55,650 nucleotides of DNA from Octopus bimaculoides (GCF_001194135.2 NC_068992.1:10459514-10515163); one strand, 5' to 3'. Positions 13,737-26,700 are shown, counted from the stretch's first letter. A program made the numbers and translations. Notes: generated by a model not told the origin, from the sequence alone.

Positions 13737-14359
13737 TACACATAAATATGTATGTTATGTATGTACACACATATCCACACACACACCACACACACATTTA
13801 TAAGCTCATGCATAGATCTACACCAAGCACACAAATCTGTCTATGTAATGTTATATGCAGAAGAAAGAATGGCAAGAAGTGAAAAAGAAACCATTTAACG
13901 GGAGAGAGTGAAAGCAAAAGTGAAAGTAGGAAAGAGAGAGCAAGAGAGAAGAAAGGTGAGAAAGAGTTAAAATAAGAAAGAAAGAAGCCTCATTTACAAG
14001 GATATAGAAATGTCAAAGTAATAGTTTATTGTGGACCCCAGCAAATAATCTGGAAAGACGAGCTAAATTTTATTAGTCTGTGTCGTGTATCTTTAATAAA
14101 TTATCATCACTCAACGTTTCACTGAAGATTTTTACTATGTTCTTCGTCTTTCAATTGCTCTGATGCTCCATTTGTTTCATATTCTGAGATATTGTCTTAC
14201 GCGACTGCATGAATTGTCAATTACAGCCTCTAAGCTTCCACTGGTCAGTTTTGTAATGTAAATGCTAAGCTGTTGTTTGTAGCTAATAGCTGGTTTATAC
14301 ATATATGGACACATACATACATACACACATATGGTGTATATATATATATATATATATAT

Positions 14360-14540
14360 CATCATCATCATCATCATCATCGTTTAACGTCCGCTTTCCA
14401 TGCTAGCATGGGTTGGACGATTTGACTGAGGACTGGTGCAACCGGATGGCTACACCAGGCTCCAATCTAATTTGGCAGAGTTTCTACAGCTGGATGCCCT
14501 TCCTAACGCCAACCACTCAGAGAGTGTAGTGGGTGCTTTT
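14360..14540 (-). mobile_element. SINE-B 3' portion with (GAT)n tail
   Basis: (CAT)n-CGTTTAACGTCCGCTTTCCATGCTAGCATGGGTTGGACG...CAGCTGGATGCCCTTCCTAACGCCAACCACTC, also at 17216 and 23726. Confidence 0.9.
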
Positions 14541-14689
14541 ACATATATACACACATTTATATATANNNNNNNNNNNNNNNNNNNNNNNNNNNNNNNNNNN
14601 NNNNNNNNNNNNNNNNNNNNNNNNNNNNNNNNNNNNNNNNNNNNNNNNNNNNNNNNNNNNNNNNNNNNNNNNNNNNNNNNNNTATATAT

Positions 14690-14823
14690 ACTCTTTTATT
14701 CTCTTTTACTTGTTTCAGTCATTTGACTGTGGCCATGCTGGAGCACCGCCTTTAGTTGAGCAAATCGACCCCAGGACTTATTATATATATATATATATAT
14801 ATATATCTAGATACACTCACACA

Positions 14824-14859
<36 letters not shown>

Positions 14860-15035
14860 CACACACATACACACACACACACACAATAGGCTTCTTTCAG
14901 TTTTCATCTACCAAATCCACTCACAATGACTTGGTTGGCCTGAATCTATAGCAGCAGACTGTTGCTCAAGATGCCATGGACTGGGACTGAATTCAAAGCC
15001 ATGAGGTTGGGAAACAAACATTTTAACCATGCAGT
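14690..15035 (-). mobile_element. SINE-A copy split by its internal microsatellite
   Basis: 3' part 14690-14780 and 5' part 14885-15035 match the SINE-A reverse complement. Confidence 0.75.
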
Positions 15036-15144
15036 TTAGACTTCACCTATTTCATATACATACATATACACATAACACCTGGATATTAAATTATTAAATG
15101 CTCAGCATACCAAAAAAAAAAAAAAAAAGAAAGAAAAAGACCAC

Positions 15145-15340
15145 ATATGGGTTCGTTTCGCAAAGACTTGAAAAAGACAGTAATATTGACATGAAGTGAA
15201 ACCTCTCTTGGACTCATAACTACTACATCACATCACATTTTGAAGGCTATGGATTTGCAATCCAAGAACAGGAAATTGCTACTAAATACCTAATCAACAA
15301 AAGAGACAATGAAACTCATGAAGCTCCAAGATGCAACCGA
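15145..15340 (+). mobile_element. R4/Dong LINE fragment
   Basis: TYGFVSQRLEKDSNIDMK*NLSWTHNYYITSHFEGYGFAIQEQEIATKYLINKRDNETHEAPRCNRK; the AIQEQEIxTKYL motif precedes the CxxC zinc knuckle of R4/Dong ORFs. Confidence 0.85.
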
Positions 15341-15361
15341 AAATATACATACATACATACA

Positions 15362-15392
<31 letters not shown>

Positions 15393-15416
15393 TCGTTTGA
15401 CTATGTGAGTTTCAAT

Positions 15417-15490
<74 letters not shown>

Positions 15491-16214
15491 CTGGTAATGT
15501 TCTTTAGCATTCTCTATTCCCTCAGTTTTGAATAACTATATAAAAACTACTATTTTTATTGTGCAGTTTGTGCTCCTGTTTGTATATTGAAGTGTGTGTG
15601 CGTTTGTGTACTCACACATTATATTTGTAAGTAGTTCTATGAACAGTGTACTAGATATGTATTGTACAGCAAATGTATTTATTATATGATATTTAAAACT
15701 GACTATTATTCCATTACATTGAATTTCATACCAACAAAGCATTCCTCAGATGGGAGCTCAGTAAAGAAGTATCTAAAATATCATTGTTATATCACAAGTG
15801 TTTAGTAACAAGAGAAACACTGGGTGAACTTTCAGTGGGATTTTATGCTCCACTAGTTCTTTCATATATTGTTGAAGGAAAAGTATTGAATATAGTTGGT
15901 AATTTTACATAGTATAATTTACAATAAAGGCAAGGACCACTGCTATTGTGAAAAAAACAAGTGGAATAAACACAGTAAAATACAGTAGTGTGCTAACAGG
16001 AAATATATGTGATATGAAGCATTTAATGCAGTATCGTAGAAAAATATATTGTAAACATTTAGTATGCTATAAAACTTCCAACTTGTGAGTCAAATCAGCC
16101 ATGATTTCCCTATTGTAATTTATTAAATAGAACTTATTCTCATGGCAGCACTTAGAGAAAATTTAAGATCTTTTATTTAAATGGATGGTAGAATTGGTTG
16201 AAAGAATATCTTTT

Positions 16215-16420
16215 ATCTTTTACTTATTTTACTCACTGGAGAGCAGCCATGGTGTGTTGTTGCCTTGAAGAGATTAGCAGAACAAATCAGATCCAGTACT
16301 TATTAATATTTTTTAAAATCTGGTGCTTGTTCTATTAGTCTTTTTCTGCCAAACCACTAAGTTACAAGGATGTAAACAAACCAACATCAGTTGTTAAGTC
16401 ATAGTAGGGGACAAGCATAA
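16215..16420 (-). mobile_element. SINE-A 3' half, diverged
   Basis: Reverse-complement match to the SINE-A tail region. Confidence 0.65.
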
Positions 16421-16475
16421 ATGCAAAGATACATATATCTTTACATTTACACACACACACATACACACACACATG

Positions 16476-16542
<67 letters not shown>

Positions 16543-17215
16543 NNNNNNNNNNNNNNNNNNNNNNNNNNNNNNNNNNNNNNNNNNNNNNNNNNNNNNNNNN
16601 NNNNNNNNNNNNNNNNNNNNNNNNNNNNNNNNNNNNNNNNNNNNNNNNNNNNNNNNNNNNNNNNNNNNNNNNNNNNNNNNNNNNNNNNNNNNNNNNNNNN
16701 NNNNNNNNNNNNNNNNNNNNNNNNNNNNNNNNNNNNNNNNNNNNNNNNNNNNNNNNNNNNNNNNNNNNNNNNNNNNNNNNNNNNNNNNNNNNNNNNNNNN
16801 NNNNNNNNNNNNNNNNNNNNNNNNNNNNNNNNNNNNNNNNNNNNNNNNNNNNNNNNNNNNNNNNNNNNNNNNNNNNNNNNNNNNNNNNNNNNNNNNNNNN
16901 NNNNNNNNNNNNNNNNNNNNNNNNNNNNNNNNNNNNNNNNNNNNNNNNNNNNNNNNNNNNNNNNNNNNNNNNNNNNNNNNNNNNNNNNNNNNNNNNNNNN
17001 NNNNNNNNNNNNNNNNNNNNNNNNNNNNNNNNNNNNNNNNNNNNNNNNNNNNNNNNNNNNNNNNNNNNNNNNNNNNNNNNNNNNNNNNNNNNNNNNNNNN
17101 NNNNNNNNNNNNNNNNNNNNNNNNNNNNNNNNNNNNNNNNNNNNNNNNNATATATATATATATATGCATATATATGTACACTCGTACACACATATATATG
17201 CATACATACATATAT

Positions 17216-17530
17216 CATCATCATCATCATCATCATCATCATTCTTTAACATCCGCTTTCCATGCTAGCATGGGTTGGACAATTTGACTGAGGACTGGCA
17301 AAGCAGATGGCTACACTAGGCTCCAATCTGATTTGGCAGAGTTTCTACAGCTTGATGCCCTTCCTAACGCCAACCACTCCGAGAGTGTAGTGGGTGCTTT
17401 TACGTGCCACCGGCATCAGGGCCAGCCACACGGTACTGGCAACAGCCACGCTCAAAAAGGTGCTTTTTTACGTGCCACCTGCATGGGAGCTAGTCCAGCG
17501 GCACTGGCAACGACCCAGGCACTGGCATGG
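17216..17530 (-). mobile_element. SINE-B copy
   Basis: (CAT)n tail, conserved 3' end and internal GTGCCACC repeat units. Confidence 0.9.
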
Positions 17531-17790
17531 AAATAATTTATTCTCAAATGCAGAATAATGCTGAACAACATGAATAGGATAAATAATCTTTATATTGCAG
17601 AAAAATTAGGTTTTGGTCATGATGCCAGTTGTATCATGATTAGCCCAGGATTTTAGAAGCAGTAGCTGATCAATAAATCATTTGAGAAAACCTATCAGCA
17701 ATGTACCTATAATGACTACTGGAAACAGCTGTGAGCCAAACTTAGGCCAATTAAGAGAAAATATGTAATAACCATTATTTTAAACTTGTA

Positions 17791-18190
17791 GCAGGAGTAG
17801 CAGTGGGGTAAGTAGCTTTCTTACCAACCACATGGTCCCGGGTTCAGCCCCACTGTGTGACACCTTGGGCAAGTGTCTTCTACTATAGCCTGGGGCCGAC
17901 CAAAGCCTTGTGACTGGATTTGGTAAATGGAAACTGCAAGAAGCTCATCGTATACATGTATGTATGCATGTGTGTATGTGTGTTTGTGTGTCTATGTTTG
18001 TCCTCCTCCATCCCTTTACAACCGATGTTGATGTGTTTTCATCCCCTTAACTTAGCGGTTCGGCAAAAGAGGCCGATAGAATAAGAACTAGGCTTACAAA
18101 GAATAAGTCCTGGGGGTCGATTTGTTTGACTAAAGGCAGTGCTCCAGCATGGCCACAGTCAAATGACTGAAACAAATAAAAGAATAAAAG
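17791..18190 (+). mobile_element. SINE-A, near full length
   Basis: GCAGGAGT...GTAAGTAGCTT...GGTTCAGCCCC...TGACTGAAACAAATAAAAGA; colinear with 40287-40696. Confidence 0.9.
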
Positions 18191-18251
18191 AGTATATATG
18201 TGTGTGTGTATACATACATACATATATATACATACATATATGTATATATAT

Positions 18252-18291
<40 letters not shown>

Positions 18292-18338
18292 ATATATGTG
18301 CGTGTGTATATCTGTATTTATTTATTTATATATATATA

Positions 18339-18418
<80 letters not shown>

Positions 18419-19029
18419 CATATATATACATATATATTTATTTATGTATGTATGTACAGAAACACACATACCTCTTTACCTCTTTGTATGATATATGTTA
18501 TTTAACATAAAAAAAGGGAATACACACATGCACACACACACACACACACATCTATAAATACATATATGTGTATGTGCTTATGTTCTTTACTCCCTTTTTT
18601 TCTCTCTAGTAATGTCACCACCACTCGACCACCACTCCTGAGAAACCTATCTCATTAACTCCGATATCATTGAAGATGTCTATATTTCAGTTAATTTCAG
18701 ATATTCAGATATCTGTTTGTTTCTTTTCCATCTGGGAGTTGTCATTGGCGAAATAAATCTCTTAGATTGAGGAAGAGATTACATGTGTTGTTCTCCCCCA
18801 CACACTCCACCTCTTTATTTGTTTTAATAGCTGTTGTTCTTCAAGTTATTATTGTTGTTGTTGTTTATGATGATGATGGTTGTGGTGGTTGTGGTGGTTA
18901 TGGTGGTAGTAATGGTGATGTTGGTGTTGATATAGTGTTGTATTTTCTCCTGGTTCCCTTGACAGGTGCAATAGATTTCATTCTGATATCCTTGCATCAC
19001 AGTTTTTAGCCAATAGACTTTGTCCACAG

Positions 19030-19190
19030 TCATTACTATGTGGTTTTGAAATCTGCTTCCCAACCATATGGTTTGGGGTTCTGTCCCACTGCCTGACACA
19101 TTGTCTTTTGTTATAATCTTGGGGTGACCAAACCCTTGTGAGTGGAAGTGGTAGAGAGAAACTGAAAGAAGCCCATGTCATGTATGTGTC
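19030..19190 (+). mobile_element. SINE-A 5' half, diverged
   Basis: CTTCCCAACCATATGGTTT...GACCAAACCCTTGTGAGTGGA...AAACTGAAAGAAGCCC. Confidence 0.7.
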
Positions 19191-19639
19191 TATGTATATA
19201 TGCTTCAAATGTACCGAAAAAGGACAGGTGCAAGAACAACAAGCAGGTGTGTCTGTGACATGAAAAACTGTACGAGGGAGTGCTGTTTTGAATTAATCCT
19301 GCATTATCTTGTTGCTCTATGATATCAATTATGTGATTATTTATTTTTAGAAAGACATTGTAGGGTAGGTGTGAGAAGCAGCATCTGGTCAGTCTGGACA
19401 TAAAACAGGTAGAATATTTGGGCCCACTATAGCTAGATTAAATACTAGAGCCATTCTCATGATAAGCCATAATTTTTCACATTTTTGGTGTTGCTGTGAA
19501 ACTGTCCATGTAACAGCATTTCTTCCTTTCTTTCATAAATTATCCTTTTTTTTCCTTTTCTCTTGAAGTTAAGCATAATTCTAGTTTTATTGCAGCATGT
19601 TTAACTAGGTCTTCTTCACTCTTTGTAATGTAGTGATTT

Positions 19640-20005
19640 ACTTACTCTTATTCTTCATCGACATAATCAGAAATAACTCTCCCTCCAATCTTCCATTCAT
19701 GTATAAATGGCTGACATTTGCCCTCAGATGAAGCATCCCAAGCGTAGTTGGGTTTCTTTTCTTCTCGTTTTTGTATCCACTGCCTCTATTTCATCTCTCA
19801 TCCAATTCACTATTCCAGCACGATAGCACATGATGGCAACTGCCCAGAAATTGACTGCATTTGTCAAATTCTTTGAATGAAGTTTGGACTTCAATGCAAG
19901 AATTAATCTTTAAAAATATATTTTCACTTTTTTCCTTTTTCTTAGTGTCATTGACTTCTAGTGTGCAAACATTCTTTTATCCAATACCATCAGATTCTAA
20001 AATCC
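19640..20005 (-). mobile_element. R4/Dong LINE fragment
   Basis: Minus strand reads ILESDGI...RLILALKSKLHSKNLTNAVNFWAVAIMCYRAGIVNWMRDEIEAVDTKTRRK, frameshift, GMLHLRANVSHLYM. Confidence 0.85.
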
Positions 20006-20139
20006 ATTCTTCCAATACTGAAAAAAATTTAGTTTTGATTTATTTATGGATATATATATAAGAAGACTTTGGAAAATTTTATTTCATGTCCATCACAAAT
20101 GTTCTTGAACACTATGATTTCATATATTCTATCAACAGA

Positions 20140-20181
<42 letters not shown>

Positions 20182-20519
20182 TTCATATTTTCTATGCTGG
20201 GTGACACATTGCTACTCTCCTATATGGGTATCCGTTATTCATTATTTGTTTCAATCTTTGGACTCTGCGATGCTGAAGCACTTGAAGCATTTAGTTGACA
20301 AAAATCAACCCAAGTACCTATTTTTTAAGCTTGACACCTATTCTATTGGTCTCTTTTGCTGAACTGCAAATGTTCCAGGGATGTTAACACACCAACACCA
20401 TATGCCACGTTGTGACGGGGGACAAACACACACACACACATGTGCACACATACAAACACACACACTCATACACTTACAAACACATATATAAGATGTGCTT
20501 CGTTCAGTTTCCATTAGTG

Positions 20520-20785
20520 GCATCCGTGCTAGTGGAGCGCTAAGAGCACCGTCCGAACGTGATCGTTGCCAGGGCTGCTGACTGGCTCCTGTGCCGGTGG
20601 CACATAAAAAGCACCATTCGAGCATGATCGTTACCAGCGTTGCCTTACTGGCACTTGTGCCGGTGGCACGTGAAAAACAACATTCGAGCGAGGTCATTGC
20701 CAGTGCCGCTGGACTAGCTCCTGTGCAGGTGGCACGTAAAATACACCATTTCAGCGTGGTCATTGCCAGTACTGCCTGCATGGTG
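20520..20785 (+). mobile_element. SINE-B internal region with 66-bp tandem subunits
   Basis: Core GTGCCGGTGGCAC at 20591, 20657 and 20723 (GTGCAGGTGGCAC); homologous to 29695-29830 and the reverse complement of 17400-17520 and 23935-24125. Confidence 0.85.
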
Positions 20786-21924
20786 CTGACTAAAAAGGAA
20801 GAAAGGATAACATATGAATAGAATAGACTGGTGACGTTTAGTAGAGATGACCCAGAAGTGGTTTCTCTTTGATTGCTATTGCAAACAGCAGTAGCATTGT
20901 TGATTGGTTAAAATTACCCAAATACGACAACTTTAACACAAAATAACTTCTAAAATACAATATTTTGCCAAAAATATTCAAAGTAAACTGTGTTCTGCAT
21001 GAGAAATTACAACAGTGTACGAAGTTTCAAACTATTTAGTTAGACAAATTTAATTAAAAGTTCTGTGAGCCCAATTGAACAGATCCTTAAATTTAAAAAA
21101 AATCTTAATACATTCATTATGTATTATCCTCACTCATCATCTCACATTTTTGTGCAACTTTGTCTTGTCCTTCCTCACATGTATTGTAACTCTTACATAA
21201 TCATCATCATTGTCATCATTTTATTACAATACTGGAAAGCAGTGGAGTGAAAATATCAATGCCTTTTCTGTATTCACTTTCTGTTCATCAACATCCTGAT
21301 TTCAACAGTGCTGTGGGATGGCTTTCCTTTTTTACCAATTCAACTTTTCTAAGTACCATTTATGTACTGAGGTCAATTCAATTGACTTTACAATTATCCT
21401 GTCCTAAGAAATATCTTGTCCTTATGCTAATGTAATAATCCATCATCACCAACATTATCACCGTCATCATCGCCATCTTCGTCATCATTTTATCATCATT
21501 TTTATTGCTATTATTGATTATCCCAAGAGGTCATTCTGTATCAGGCGGACCACATCACTATCATCATTTTTTTCCCCATCTTTCTTCTTACTGTTGTACA
21601 CTATGTATGCTTCCCTTCTTTTTATTGTAGACCATATATACTTTATATATANNNNNNNNNNNNNNNNNNNNNNNNNNNNNNNNNNNNNNNNNNNNNNNNN
21701 NNNNNNNNNNNNNNNNNNNNNNNNNNNNNNNNNNNNNNNNNNNNNNNNNNNNNNNNNNNNNTATATATATACATATGCATACACATATATACATATAATG
21801 TGTATATATATACATATATATATATTATCATTATATGTAAATCCCCACACTTTATGACTGTCTTTGTATTGCCCCCCTCCCCTCATCTTTCCCACTGATG
21901 GCAAATAAAGGAAATCATTGTTTC

Positions 21925-21979
<55 letters not shown>

Positions 21980-22138
21980 TTTCCAGTTGTAATTTTATTG
22001 CATGCTTTCACTGCATTACCAAGCTCAGCTTTGTGTGTCTTGTGTATGGGTAGTGTTTGGCTTTATCATTTCCATTGTATTGAAATTAATCCCACGCAAT
22101 ATGTGTGCAGTGCTGAGTAGTGCTCTTTTCTGTTGTTG

Positions 22139-22171
<33 letters not shown>

Positions 22172-22182
22172 AGCAGTAAGCT

Positions 22183-22400
22183 AGTGGAATTGTTTGTGAG
22201 TTTGGAAAAAAATGCTCATTAGCATTATTTCTCCTCGTTCCTTACATTCTGAGTTCAAATTCTGTTTAAAGCCAATATTGCTTTCCATCTTTTTGAGCAT
22301 CACTTAAATAAGTACCAGTTGTATGCTGGGGTTAATGTAGTTGATGTCATTGACCGTCCCTCTTCCTCTAAAATTACTAACCTCGTACCAAAAGTTTTAA
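22183..22400 (+). mobile_element. SINE-C copy, diverged
   Basis: TTACATTCTGAGTTCAAATTC...TAAGTACCAGTTGTATGCTGGGG. Confidence 0.7.
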
Positions 22401-22529
22401 ACCATTATTTTCATGATTATTATTATTATCATTATTTTACTTCTCAGAGCTCTCAGTCTTACTTGCTCTGGGTCGATTCTGTGAGAGCAGACGACAAACT
22501 GTTGTCAGAGGTCTCACAGGGTCTCTTTC

Positions 22530-22569
22530 CAATCATCATCATCATCATCATCATCATCATAATCATCAT

Positions 22570-22601
<32 letters not shown>

Positions 22602-22752
22602 CCATCGTCATCATCATCATCATCATCATTTCATCATCATCATCATCATAGTCATCATCATTATCATCATCATCATCATCATAGTCATCATCATTATCAT
22701 CATCATCACCATCGTCATCATCATTGTCATCATTATCATCATCATCGTCATT

Positions 22753-22783
<31 letters not shown>

Positions 22784-22793
22784 TCATCGTCGC

Positions 22794-22850
<57 letters not shown>

Positions 22851-22856
22851 CATTAT
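22530..22856. repeat. Long imperfect (ATC)n trinucleotide array, about 325 bp
   Basis: Direct reading; produces poly-I/M/D/S ORFs in several frames. Confidence 0.95.
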
Positions 22857-23277
22857 TTATCACAATATTTTCAGCCGTTAGTCTCTTTTATGCATGTTTC
22901 TGCTGTACCACATGATGCAACTCTGTCTTTCAGGAATATGGAATTATACTTGTACTACTACATCAGTTTTTGCTTCCTTTGCAGGATTTGTTTCATTGTT
23001 TGAGGTGTTATTTTTTCGAAGTTTCACCTGGTTGTTATTCTGTACGATCTGTGTTGTGTGGGTTTGTGTCATTATCGTTGTGATGTGTTTTCTCTGTTGT
23101 TTGTTCAGTGTGATTGGTGCTATGCTTCAATATCAGACAATTATTCGTTCAGAGTAGTGGATCCTAACCAGGACCCCTTAGAAACATTCTCAGCTTGTCT
23201 GAGTGTAGCAGATATCACGGTGGTACTTTGAGGTGGGTGCTGAATGCTTATAAGGGCCATGATTTTTTTAAGGTAAT

Positions 23278-23555
23278 AAAATATTCTAACTAGTTACATT
23301 ATTTATATTATAAAACACATTTCCAAAATAGATAACTATATAAATATATAGATAATTAAAAATTTAGGGTTTAGCAAGTATTGCTTCACCACTTAATATT
23401 TGCTAAACCCTAGATTTTTAATTATGTTTATATTTACCGATAATGGTTTTTTAACACACTTGGTAAAATTACTAATTATTAATTAATAATTTTTACCCTA
23501 TATCTATATAAATATATAGATATATAAATAAAATCTTTGTTGGGATTAGAATATA
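23278..23555. repeat. AT-rich foldback/MITE-like element with central 31-bp inverted repeat
   Basis: Arms 23352-23382 and 23395-23425; outer ends ATATTCTAA...TTAGAATAT are inverted. Confidence 0.6.
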
Positions 23556-23725
23556 ATTAAGATAATGTGGTATCAGTAGAAACAGGATTAATGATGTACT
23601 AATAACCAGTATGATTGCATTCTATAAACTCATTTTCTTTATTAATTTCCATTTGCATATAATAGAGGGAAATAGTTCATGCAATTATCTGAAAAAAAAA
23701 TAGAAGGTTTATGCTGGATGGGACC

Positions 23726-24125
23726 ATCATCATCGTTTAACATCCGGTTTCCATGCTAGCATGGGTTGGACGATTTGACTGAGGACTGATGAACCAGATG
23801 ACTACACCAGGCTCCAATCTGATTTGGCAGAGTTTCTACAGCTGGATGCCCTTCCTAACGCCANNNNNNNNNNGCAGAGTTTCTACAGCTGGATGCCCTT
23901 CCTAACGCCAACCACTCCGAGAGTGTAGTGGGTGCTTTTACGTGCCACCGGCATGAAGGCCAGTCAGGCGGTACTGGCAACGGCCACGCTCAAAATGGTG
24001 TATTTTACATGTTACCTGCACAGGAGCCAGTCCAGGAGCACTGGCAACGATCTTGCTCGAATGTCTTTACACGTGCCAGGAAGGCGACGCTGGGTACAGG
24101 TGCCATCACGATTTTGCTTTCGCTT
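23726..24125 (-). mobile_element. SINE-B copy (contains a 10-N gap with duplicated overlap)
   Basis: Same sequence family as 17216-17530. Confidence 0.9.
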
Positions 24126-24572
24126 ACGTGAAAAATAAATCACCACATAAAAGTTTAGTCATGTTTGATTAAAAATATCTGGAGAAAGGGTATTTGTAAA
24201 TGCCCTTCTATGAAAGGGGACACAGCTACAATTGGTGGGGAGCTACTAATGTCAAATATGTATTGTAAAGGTTGTGTTTTGATGGCTGGAGACTGTACTG
24301 AGTATGTGTAGGCATTATGTTGGTTTGTTGTTTTTATTGTTAGTATTGTTACTTCTAAAGATGCTTGATTAGCATAGAATTCTAGAATGGCAGAATCAGA
24401 CGAAATACCTTGTAACATTTAGTTACAACCTTTCATGTTCTGACTTCAAATCCTACTGAGGTCAACTTTGCTGTTCATTCTTCCATAAAGAACCAGTCAA
24501 GTACTAGGGTTGATATAATTAACTAGATTCTTTCCCCAAAAAACTTGAGGTCTTCTGCTGAGATTAGAAGTA

Positions 24573-24607
<35 letters not shown>

Positions 24608-24627
24608 CATTACTTTAGATTTTAAGG

Positions 24628-24835
24628 CAACACGTTGGCAGAATATTTGCTGCATCAGCTAAAGTTACGCAGCAGCATTTAGTCAATCTTTACATTCTGA
24701 GTTCAAATCGTGCTGAAGTCCACTTTGCCTTTCATCCTTTCAAGGTCATTAAAATAAGTATTAGTTGAAAACTGGGGGTTGAGTAATTACCCCCTCCCCC
24801 AAAATTGCTGGCCTTGTGTCAAATTTTGAAACCAT
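24628..24835 (+). mobile_element. SINE-C copy
   Basis: TGGCAGAAT...TTACATTCTGAGTTCAAAT...CACTTTGCCTTTCATCCTTTC...GGCCTTGTG. Confidence 0.75.
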
Positions 24836-25313
24836 TATTACTTCTGAGTTTGACATTTATGGTTAATGTTATTCACAATAGCACTTCCTTTATCGTAAAG
24901 TGTAATGCGTCCAGACAAAATAAATAATGAGACAACAGACATATATTTTAAAAGTTGATCATCAAAACCATTTTCAGCAGGGGTTCCATTTTTATTTTAT
25001 TCTGCTTACCCTTGACAATTTTCTGAGACTAAATTTGCTCCCCACCAACTCTCTTTTGTTCAGTAATCTGAGTTTACTTTCCTACCTTAATAAAGCAACC
25101 AACTAAGTGGAAATTCAAAAGCTCAATAGAAGTTTTTAAACATTGTTAAGTCCAAATAACAGTAAAATTTTTTAGAAATAGCACATAACAATGTTATTTC
25201 ATATATTTATGAACTAATGATAAACAGATACCAGACCCAGATACAGTCTTCTGAATTAAGCTACTCCATTAGCAAACCTATAGTGAAGAAGTGTATAATT
25301 TGAAATTAAAATC

Positions 25314-25397
25314 TGAAGTAGGACTATTTTGTGAATATAATCTTTATTCTCTTCACCATTTTGGATTGGTGTATATTCACAAAATAGTCCTACTTCA
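25314..25397. repeat. Perfect 26-bp inverted repeat with 32-nt spacer
   Basis: TGAAGTAGGACTATTTTGTGAATATA (25314-25339) and its exact reverse complement (25372-25397). Confidence 0.9.
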
Positions 25398-25909
25398 ACT
25401 TTTAACTTGAAATTTTTTGTAAAATTATAATCAAAAGAAAATACAAATCTAAAATCACCAGATTTACCCCCTGGCTTTCTGAAACTTATCCCTTTGGGGT
25501 AATTTTATCTTTTTTGGTAACCCTTAATCTACAGGGACCTCACAACAGACTGAAAGATATCTAAAGTTGCTTCTATACCATTGTACCAAGATAATGAATA
25601 TGAAAGATAATAATAATTGCTGCATTATCAGCATTAATTTGATAAAAATGAGATAAAGTGGAAAATAAGCAGTGCTTAATCAAATTTTGTGTCACCATCA
25701 TTTAACATCCACCTTTGCATAGATCAGACAGAATTCATTGAGTTATATTTTCTGTGGCTGGTTGGATGCTCTTTCTGTCACCAACCCTCACTTGTTTCCA
25801 AGCTCAACAATATTTCCCCATGAGTGGCTGTGTTTTGATGGAAAATTAGAAATGAATGACACCTCTTGTATGATGGTGACACTCATTTTACAGTTACATC
25901 TTTAATAAG

Positions 25910-26700
25910 GACAACTCCGATGAGCAGTCAGGCATTCGTCAGGGTTTAGTTTTCAGCCTGCTATTGTTTATCATAATTCTCTAAACTGAAGAGATTTAAA
26001 ACAGGTTGTCCATTAGCCATTAACTAATTTCTCATAACAATAAGTCAAAGGTTTAGAGAAGAAATACCAAACATGAAAGTAAAGCTTAGAATCAAGAAGT
26101 CTTAAGGTAAATCTTGCAAAGCCAAAAGTTTTAATTGACAAAAAAGAAGAGAGGACTTCATTGCCATCTAAGAAACAGCCATGGTTGACATACAGAAAGG
26201 ATTTGTTACAAATACTGCATGGAGTACAGAATATAAACTCTGGATGCTTGAGAGTTGTGGTAGATGCATAGGAGTAATTAAAACTAAGAGTACTAATAAA
26301 ATAGATATTTTTGTATCCTGAAGAAGTTCCTAAGAAGTAGTTAATAGCTTCTGTTATGTAGGTGACCTAAATGACAGTAATGGTCGATGTTCTGGAAAGC
26401 ATGGTGGCCGGAATAAGAATGGGTGGAAATATTTCAGGAAGCTATTACCTCTGCTGGCAAAAATGGCTTCTTTCTCAGAGTGAAGGGCAGGTTGCATGAA
26501 GTGCAATGCTGAAGGGTAAGAAACCATGAACGTTGAATATAGAAAACATATAAAGGCTGGAAAGAAATGGAGAAAGCGAGTACAAACTTTGTGTTGTGTG
26601 ACCAAATGTAAGGAGAAGACAATATATTATGTGATGAAGAGACCTATGAAGGACACAAATGAGTGAGGTAGTCTTTATGTAATCACATGACCTGATGGAT
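25910..26700 (+). mobile_element. Decayed RTE LINE fragment (RT domain to C-terminal region)
   Basis: GIRQGLVFSLLLFIII (RT motif GVxQGxVLSPLLF), LKVNLAKPKVL, and degenerate RIRMGGxxFRxLLPLL...RVKGRL segments with many stops and frameshifts. Confidence 0.7.

Noticed and set aside
12843-17287. The longest ORFs in the track (244-322 aa)
   Set aside because: They are mostly X residues from N-gaps.
22459-22863. 134-aa poly-Asp ORF with ATG start, resembling acidic mollusc shell-matrix proteins
   Set aside because: It is wholly an (ATC)n array that is open in several frames, with no signal peptide, unique domain or convincing splice context.
23363-23374. TTAGGG telomeric motif
   Set aside because: A single unit inside a hairpin arm, not an interstitial telomere array.
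23827-23910. Duplicated 37-bp segment within SINE-B
   Set aside because: It is duplicated exactly across a 10-N gap; assembly artefact.
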